Source of the DNA: an uncultured bacterium
Lineage (GTDB): Bacteria > JAJVIF01 > JAPKYR01
Direction of reading: 5' to 3'
NCBI GenBank assembly: GCA_965369865.1
Contig: CBDURU010000026.1
Span: forward strand, 1-33,410
DNA length: 33,410 nt
Position 1 is the first letter of the stretch, and every line of letters starts with the position of its first letter. The translations under genes and the position numbers were made by a program. A model generated the notes under the pieces. That model was not told the DNA's origin, did no database searches, and was given only the letters and a program-made list of their open reading frames with translations. Shown piece by piece: positions 27,202 through 33,410 of the stretch.

Positions 27202-30200
27202 TCACCAGAGTCTGATGGTTACCAGATCCATAAAGTCCCGTGCCATGTAAATGCGGTTGTCCCTGACCACAAACTCAGGACCGCCGTAAATTGTTAGGGT
27301 GTCGGATTGATAACAGGGAATAAAGGCTTTCCCGATTATTTCAGGATAATAGGGATACGTACCTATAAAATCGAAGCAATTGTAAATGAGGATTGATGCC
27401 CACATACCATCCATTAGAGGTTCACCTGGACCAGCTTGCTGAAAATAGTAAGGTCCATCTATTGCTATCCTTCCAGCGGTATTACCCCAGACCATTTGCT
27501 GAGCTTCGAAATCCTGCCACAAATCGATGGGATATATCCAGTGACCGTAGTCCTCATAAGGGACAGTCTGTGCACCATCGACAAGAAACGGCCATTTAGC
27601 ATTGATCCAACCTATCGGCAAAGGAAGGTCAGTACGATATTCACTTACGAAAGGCCAATCGTTCGTAAGATCGTACCTTACAATCGAATGATTTGTACGT
27701 GTCCAGAGCGCGTTTCCTTCGAAATTGACGTCCCAGACACGACCATCATTATCCTCCATTGGAGTTAGAGTACCTACATATGCAGGAGCTACCGGGTCCG
27801 TCAGATCATATATCGCAGCTCCGTCATATGTTCCGATCGCAAGATAATGATCATCGCAGTCTATCTCGGTAGCGTCAGGATGAGAGAGAATTACCGTTTC
27901 GATGGGGCTTTCAGTATTAGTAAGGTCACAGACGACAACTCCTACACCTTCACTTAATGTGTATGCCACAAGTCCGGATGGTGATTTATGAAGCTTTACA
28001 AACATATTAGGACCTGAACCAGCATCCATGCGACTGAGAACGGTTGGTAATTCCGGAAGCATTGAAACATCCGCAACCAGTAATCCCATGCTGCCTTCAG
28101 CTATTACTGCAATATTATCGACAATATCAACCGATTGTGCCATACCATTGATATCGTAATCTATTTTACCGAGAACGATCTCCGGATTGTCGGGATCGCG
28201 AAGCCAGATTCCACCCTCATGCGGCAAACCGGGCATCATATAATTACCGTAACCGGTGATAAGGACATTGGGTGGCATATCATGTTGTATGTATGGAATA
28301 TATTCTTTTCCCAAGTAAATATTAATAAGTGTCGGTTCAAGGGCATTGCTAAAATCAAGAACTGCAAGTCCATATTCATTACCGTCATATATTTGGTGAA
28401 ATCTCCTATTCCCCAACCTTGACCCGATTCCCATGAAAAATCCTGGTTCCAGTAAGTCCACTGAACTCAATTGCGTCCATTCATCCTGATAAAAGGACCA
28501 CCGTTTAAAGGAATAATCTTCGGATAGATAATCGTTAGTATAGTAAAGAATATTATCAACCATGAAGACGTTTCGACTTAGGTCTGGTACATCAAGCACA
28601 AGACTAGCTGGATCGCCAAGATTAGAAGGTCGAGAGTAAACAGCCAAATGATTCCCGCCATCAAACACAATCCAATCATCGGTTAAGTCATAGCATCTAC
28701 CTACATCACCAGGTCCGAAAATATCAGTGTAGGTTGGATTATTGGGATCGCTTAAATCAAGAAGTGCCAGGTATCCACCAGATTCATCACCTGAAACCAT
28801 TACAGCATTATTTCCAAATACTCCTTCCCATGGAGGAAAAACGTCAGTATCTACGCCTGGTATAGGAGGTATAATGTAATCTGGCGAGTTGATGTCTGGG
28901 ATTGGGTTTCCATCTAAATTATATACTCTTGTTTGCATTGGGGCAGGAGGATATTCTCCACGCCATAAGGCAAATCCCGACCCAACAGCCCATGGTTCCT
29001 GGCCAGGGCTTTGTACAGGTCCCAATCCTTCGATTAACTCGCGTGGTGTTCCCAATGGTAATGGATTCGATGGATCTGAAATATCAAATGCCAGCCAGCC
29101 TTCTTCAGAGAAATTTGCCCAGAAGATATTACCAGAATCATTATAATATCCCATGAATGACACTGGTGGAAAATTTGGCCACAGATTCCAGACAACCTCC
29201 AATTGCGGGTTCGTAATAATTCCCGACTCCTCAACAGTCACATCAAATTTATTGCAAACCTTCTTTTCGCTGACCGAATCTGATACAGCGACCAGCAACG
29301 GATATGTCCCGGGTCCGGCATGTTCCTGGTTGTGAATAATTACCTGCCAGATATACTTATCAACCTTCGTCATTTCAATAATGCCCATTCCCAGCGCACC
29401 TGTATCAATGGTTACATTGGCAACGTCGTACTGATGATCGAAAATACGGATATTATATTTTAATTCACCACCATCCGTGTAAAGCGCCCCTTCCTGTTCA
29501 TCCCAAGTGTTGGTGATGCAATATGGTTCAACAGGCTTACCAGGCCAGAATATTTCTATGATGAACTTAAATTGCAGGGATTCGCCTTGCCCCGTAGGTA
29601 GATGCATCACCCATGACCTTTTCAAATCGTGGTGTGGAATTATCCACACGTCATTTGTTGGGGGCCATAATGTATAGTTTGATAAAGACCGTACGGGATC
29701 CAGATCAGGACCAACTCCGTCATAGTACCAGTCATGATAAAGATCTACATCTTCAAGGAAAAATAAATCATTCGGAAACAGGAAAACAGCCCTCAAAGCA
29801 TAAAACATGACTTCTGTGGGGTTGTTGACCGTTGTTTCAAATTCAAGGATTCCTGTTCCGGGATCCCAGGATATCACTGAAACTCCGAAACATTCCGGGC
29901 AAGCGGGTGAAAGGAGAAAATCCGTAATATCCAACCATGTGTCAGCATTTCGCTCATATACCAGTGTTTCCGTTTCGGGATCGAATGTAAAATCAAACGC
30001 TCCAACCGGATGCCATTCTCCGTCCATTGACGAACTTCGGTCATCAGAATGAGTTTCAGGAGTCAGGCTCTCTTCAGGTAAATTATCACCATTCTCATCA
30101 GATAATCCTGGTCCAGCAGGCTCAGGAACAACAGTATTCCCACCCTTCTGACATCCAAGGCAAAGGGTTAAGGCAAGCAGAATTAAAATCTGAAACCTGT

Positions 30201-30228
30201 AAACCGGGCTCAAGAGATATCTGCACAT
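27202..30228 (-). CDS. Lipoprotein: conserved N-terminal CxxC module plus LVIVD-like beta-propeller repeats
   Basis: Lipobox CLGC. N-terminal module with PACPEC. Repeats AFDISDPSNP, LLDLSDPNNP, VLDFSNALEP, LLVADVS, VCDLTNTESP, IYDLTDPVAP. Start placed at ATG 30228, downstream of an extended -10. Confidence 0.8.
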   Translation of the reverse strand: MCRYLLSPVYRFQILILLALTLCLGCQKGGNTVVPEPAGPGLSDENGDNLPEESLTPETHSDDRSSSMDGEWHPVGAFDFTFDPETETLVYERNADTWLDITDFLLSPACPECFGVSVISWDPGTGILEFETTVNNPTEVMFYALRAVFLFPNDLFFLEDVDLYHDWYYDGVGPDLDPVRSLSNYTLWPPTNDVWIIPHHDLKRSWVMHLPTGQGESLQFKFIIEIFWPGKPVEPYCITNTWDEQEGALYTDGGELKYNIRIFDHQYDVANVTIDTGALGMGIIEMTKVDKYIWQVIIHNQEHAGPGTYPLLVAVSDSVSEKKVCNKFDVTVEESGIITNPQLEVVWNLWPNFPPVSFMGYYNDSGNIFWANFSEEGWLAFDISDPSNPLPLGTPRELIEGLGPVQSPGQEPWAVGSGFALWRGEYPPAPMQTRVYNLDGNPIPDINSPDYIIPPIPGVDTDVFPPWEGVFGNNAVMVSGDESGGYLALLDLSDPNNPTYTDIFGPGDVGRCYDLTDDWIVFDGGNHLAVYSRPSNLGDPASLVLDVPDLSRNVFMVDNILYYTNDYLSEDYSFKRWSFYQDEWTQLSSVDLLEPGFFMGIGSRLGNRRFHQIYDGNEYGLAVLDFSNALEPTLINIYLGKEYIPYIQHDMPPNVLITGYGNYMMPGLPHEGGIWLRDPDNPEIVLGKIDYDINGMAQSVDIVDNIAVIAEGSMGLLVADVSMLPELPTVLSRMDAGSGPNMFVKLHKSPSGLVAYTLSEGVGVVVCDLTNTESPIETVILSHPDATEIDCDDHYLAIGTYDGAAIYDLTDPVAPAYVGTLTPMEDNDGRVWDVNFEGNALWTRTNHSIVRYDLTNDWPFVSEYRTDLPLPIGWINAKWPFLVDGAQTVPYEDYGHWIYPIDLWQDFEAQQMVWGNTAGRIAIDGPYYFQQAGPGEPLMDGMWASILIYNCFDFIGTYPYYPEIIGKAFIPCYQSDTLTIYGGPEFVVRDNRIYMARDFMDLVTIRLW

Positions 30229-30240
30229 GATGGTATACAA

Positions 30241-30249
30241 ATTATACCA
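30241..30249 (-). promoter_or_regulatory. Extended -10 element (TGGTATAAT) 12 nt before ATG 30228
   Basis: No Shine-Dalgarno sequence. It is embedded in the palindrome TGGTATA-CAAAT-TATACCA. Confidence 0.45.
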
Positions 30250-30338
30250 CCATACAAACAGGACAGGCGACACTCACTGACCATTGGATAATCTAGAGAC
30301 ACTCAAATCATTAAAATATCTCAATCTCAGCCTTTCAG

Positions 30339-30369
30339 TAGTTGACTTTTTCAACTAATTAACTAAAAT
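30339..30369 (+). promoter_or_regulatory. tldD promoter with an operator-like palindrome over the -35
   Basis: TTGACT (30342-30347), 16 bp, TAAAAT (30364-30369). Palindrome TAGTTGA-CTTTT-TCAACTA at 30339-30357. Confidence 0.5.
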
Positions 30370-30451
30370 TAAACACTGTTACCCGGAACTATCCGGGGCT
30401 GCCTTCCCTGAGACACCCCATTCACTTTTCCGGGAAGAGGAGACACAATTT

Positions 30452-31891
30452 ATGGAAAACCTGCCGGCGGCAATTGACCGCCTGAAACAACTTGGCGTCG
30501 ACTACGCTGACGCACGATTTGTCGAGACCAAGCGTGAGGACGTAATAGTCCGAAACGGCAAGGTCGAAGCTGTGAATCGTGGAGTCGACGCGGGAGTCGG
30601 CATTCGTGTTATCGCCGAAGGATCCTGGGGCTTCGCTGGAATCGCGTCGTCCACGGAAACCGACATTGTTGCCGCCGCTGAAAACGCGTTCAATATCGCC
30701 AAAGCCAGCGCGACCACCAAACGCGAGGATGTAAAACTCGGTGACATCGAAATCTACCAGGACAGCTTCGAAACTCCGGTCGAAAAGGACCCGTTTGAAG
30801 TTCCGCTCAAGGACAAACTCCAGCTTCTCACCCGTGCCGCGGATATCCTTCACAAGGATGAAAAAATTGTCGCGACGATTGCAAACTGCGGTGCCCTTCA
30901 TATCAACAAGAGATTTGTATCGACCGAGGGCGCCGATATTACCCAGCACACAATCGAGACCGGCGCTGGAATCGAAGCGACCGCGAAGGACGGCGACGAA
31001 ATCCAGAAACGCACCTATCCCAATAGTTTCCGAGGCGACTGGGCTACCCGTGGATGGGAATTCGTTGAGGAAATGAAGCTGGTGGAGAACTCCGACCGTG
31101 TTCGCGATGAGGCGATCATGCTTCTTACCGCCGAAGAATGCCCGGTAGGAAAACGGGATATCATCATCGGCGGCGCGCAGCTCGCGCTCCAGATCCATGA
31201 ATCCAACGGGCACCCTATCGAACTTGACCGGGTTCTCGGAACCGAAATCAGCCTCGCGGGCGGATCTTTCATGCAGCCCGATCTCATCGGAAATCTTAAA
31301 TATGGGTCGGACATCGTTAATATCTATGCCGACAGTACCTCACCAGGCGGGCTTGGCACATTCGGCTTTGACGATGAGGGTGTGAAATCGACCCGTACGG
31401 ATATCATCAGGGACGGGTTGTTTGTCGGTTATCTCTCCAGCCGCGAATGCCAGGCGCTGACAGGACATCCTGCGAACGGCGCCATGCGTGCCGACGGCTG
31501 GCAGAACCTGCCGCTGATCAGGATGATAAACGTTTCTCTCGCTCCCGGTGAATGGGAACTCGACGACCTGATCGCCGACTCAAACGGTGCGATCTTTGTG
31601 GACCTGAATAAATCCTGGTCCATCGACGACCGCAGGGTCAATTTTAAATTCGGATGCGAGATCGGATGGGAAATCCAGGGCGGTAAACTCACGAAACCTT
31701 ATAAAAATATCGCGTACACGGGAATCACACCGGAGTTCTGGAATTCCTGCGACGCGATCTGCAATGAAAAATACTGGCATATCTGGGGAATTCCATCTTG
31801 CGGCAAGGGTGAACCGATGCAGTCCGCTCACGTGGCTCATGGTGCCGCGCCCACAAGATTTCGCCAGGTTTCAGTTGGAGGTGCATCATGA
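30452..31891 (+). CDS. tldD: TldD metalloprotease subunit
   Basis: GVGIRV...GSWGFA, HESNGHPIELDR (HExxxH), FDDEG, RMIN, CGKGEP. Confidence 0.9.
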   Translation: MENLPAAIDRLKQLGVDYADARFVETKREDVIVRNGKVEAVNRGVDAGVGIRVIAEGSWGFAGIASSTETDIVAAAENAFNIAKASATTKREDVKLGDIEIYQDSFETPVEKDPFEVPLKDKLQLLTRAADILHKDEKIVATIANCGALHINKRFVSTEGADITQHTIETGAGIEATAKDGDEIQKRTYPNSFRGDWATRGWEFVEEMKLVENSDRVRDEAIMLLTAEECPVGKRDIIIGGAQLALQIHESNGHPIELDRVLGTEISLAGGSFMQPDLIGNLKYGSDIVNIYADSTSPGGLGTFGFDDEGVKSTRTDIIRDGLFVGYLSSRECQALTGHPANGAMRADGWQNLPLIRMINVSLAPGEWELDDLIADSNGAIFVDLNKSWSIDDRRVNFKFGCEIGWEIQGGKLTKPYKNIAYTGITPEFWNSCDAICNEKYWHIWGIPSCGKGEPMQSAHVAHGAAPTRFRQVSVGGAS

Positions 31892-33267
31892 CTGAATTAA
31901 AAGGACAGGATTACTTTTTTGATCTGTCAGATAAAATTATCAGCCAGTGTGACGATGCCGGTGTTGAGATCCTTTTCTCAAACATCTCAATGGGTCTCAC
32001 GCGTATTGCTAATTCAACAATTCACCAGAACGTTCATACAAAGGCAACAGAGGTCGTTATTCAGACTTCTCGTGGCGAAAATAAAGGCAGCGCGAATACC
32101 AATGTGCTCACGCAGGAAGGTTTGTTCGATTGCCTTATGAATGCCCTTGAGATCATGAAGACTTCCGAACCCCTCGAGGGATTTCCGGGCCCGGCCGATA
32201 AAGCCGAGTACAGGACCACCGACACTTATGTCGAAGCGACCGCTAACTGGGGTCCTGCTGAAAGGGCTGAAGTGGTTGGTGATGCGATCGCCAGGGCGAA
32301 AGAGGATGGTTTGACTCTCGCCGGAGCGGTGGAAACATCAAACACCGAATATGCTTTCGCTAACTCAAATGGTGTTCGAGCTTACCAGCCCCTTTCTTCA
32401 TTCGGGTGCAATTTTGTCGCGATGGACGGCGAGGGGGATGACCCTCCAAGCGGATATGCGGCTCTCTCCGGTCGCGACGCCGATAAGGCTGACTGGAAAG
32501 CCACTTACGACCGCGCTTGTAGAAAAGCGGTCCTTGCAAGGAATCCTGTCGAGATCGATCCAGCTCAATATGATGTCGTTCTTGAAGCGGCCGCATTTTC
32601 CGAACTGATCGAGTGGTTTAGCTACATTGCTCTGAGCGCACGATCCATCCTGGATGGTAGAAGCCCGTTGGCCGGTCGGATCGGTGAAAAAATTACCGGT
32701 AAGCATATCACCATGATCGATGACGCCTATGGGACGGTGCTTAAGGGGCTTCCGTTCGATTTCGAAGGAGTTCCAAGGAAGATCGTGCCGATGATCGAGC
32801 ACGGGGTCGCGAAAGGGGTCGTTCATTCAAGGTTTACTGCCGCGAAAGAAGGCGTCGAACCGACTGGACATGGATTCGGACCGGGAAGCATGCCGTCCGA
32901 TGCATTACCGTTGAATGTTCGTTTGACTCCAGGCGATAAAACACTCGATGAAATGGTCGGAATGCTTGATAACGGAATCCAGGTGACCAGGTTCCATTAC
33001 GTTAATGGCCTGCTCGACACCAGGAACGCTGTCATGACCGGCATGACCCGGGACGGCGCGTGGCTCATAGAGAATGGAAAAATCAAGCACGCTATCAGGA
33101 ATCTCAGGTTTACAGATAACATGCTCGAAGCCTGGTACAGGATTGAAGCTGTTGAAAAAGAAATTCATCCGACTGCCGGATGGTGGAGTGCAGTTGGTAA
33201 TTATGATATTCCGGGTGTGCTGATTCGCGATTTCACATTCACTGGAAAAACCGGCAAGGGATCTTAG
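31888..33267 (+). CDS. tldE: TldE/PmbA family protein
   Basis: TRIANSTIHQN, YDVVLE, PFDFEG, PTGHG, TGMTRDG..IENG, NLRFT. ATGA overlap with tldD and no HExxxH motif. Confidence 0.85.
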   Translation: MTELKGQDYFFDLSDKIISQCDDAGVEILFSNISMGLTRIANSTIHQNVHTKATEVVIQTSRGENKGSANTNVLTQEGLFDCLMNALEIMKTSEPLEGFPGPADKAEYRTTDTYVEATANWGPAERAEVVGDAIARAKEDGLTLAGAVETSNTEYAFANSNGVRAYQPLSSFGCNFVAMDGEGDDPPSGYAALSGRDADKADWKATYDRACRKAVLARNPVEIDPAQYDVVLEAAAFSELIEWFSYIALSARSILDGRSPLAGRIGEKITGKHITMIDDAYGTVLKGLPFDFEGVPRKIVPMIEHGVAKGVVHSRFTAAKEGVEPTGHGFGPGSMPSDALPLNVRLTPGDKTLDEMVGMLDNGIQVTRFHYVNGLLDTRNAVMTGMTRDGAWLIENGKIKHAIRNLRFTDNMLEAWYRIEAVEKEIHPTAGWWSAVGNYDIPGVLIRDFTFTGKTGKGS

Positions 33268-33318
33268 AGTCTCTTACAAAATGAGTTTATGTTAATTTTC
33301 TACCGGGTGATGTGACCT

Positions 33319-33410
33319 GGGTGTAATAAGTAAACTCGGGTGTAATAAGTAAACTTGGGTGTAATAAGTAAACTCGGGTGGCGCCCACAGACTGAGCGAA
33401 GGCGTGTCTG
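33319..33410. repeat. Three 19-bp tandem repeats running into a REP-like hairpin
   Basis: GGGTGTAATAAGTAAACTY at 33319, 33338 and 33357, then GGGTG-GCGCCCA-CAGAC-TGAGCGAAGGCGT-GTCTG, cut by the window end. Confidence 0.85.

Noticed and set aside
30422..31213. 263-aa antisense ORF over tldD, and other overlapping ORFs such as 1137..1967 and 8834..9406
   Set aside because: These are shadow frames of well-supported genes with no recognisable motifs.
33319..33380. CRISPR array
   Set aside because: The 19-bp units are directly adjacent with no spacers, and there are no cas genes.

Overview
Bacterial chromosomal window (standard code, about 50% GC by eye). It carries housekeeping or metabolic genes (hypA-hypB, lpdA, a MocR regulator, a saccharopine/lysine dehydrogenase, sucC/sucD-like ligase subunits, a SAM methyltransferase, tldD-tldE, a PglC/WcaJ-type phosphoglycosyl transferase) and several large secreted or lipoproteins. 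Main points: (1) an isolated, apparently intact four-gene phage-packaging-like operon (near-consensus sigma70 promoter, HTH, small ORF, putative TerS, terminase large subunit) with no portal, capsid, tail or integrase anywhere in the window; (2) three dispersed lipoproteins share an N-terminal CxxC module I cannot name, each fused to a different C-terminal region (14 PKD domains, a PQQ-type propeller, LVIVD-like propellers); (3) the PKD array strictly alternates two domain types with one Cys each; (4) two copies of an 82-nt structured element with conserved arms and an equal-length 30-nt divergent core; (5) a SucC-like subunit fused to a ferredoxin domain; (6) several REP-like palindrome families, two with tandem duplications at their edges. 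No rRNA, tRNA, CRISPR array, transposase or integrase was recognised. All calls come from reading motifs by eye; no database search was run.
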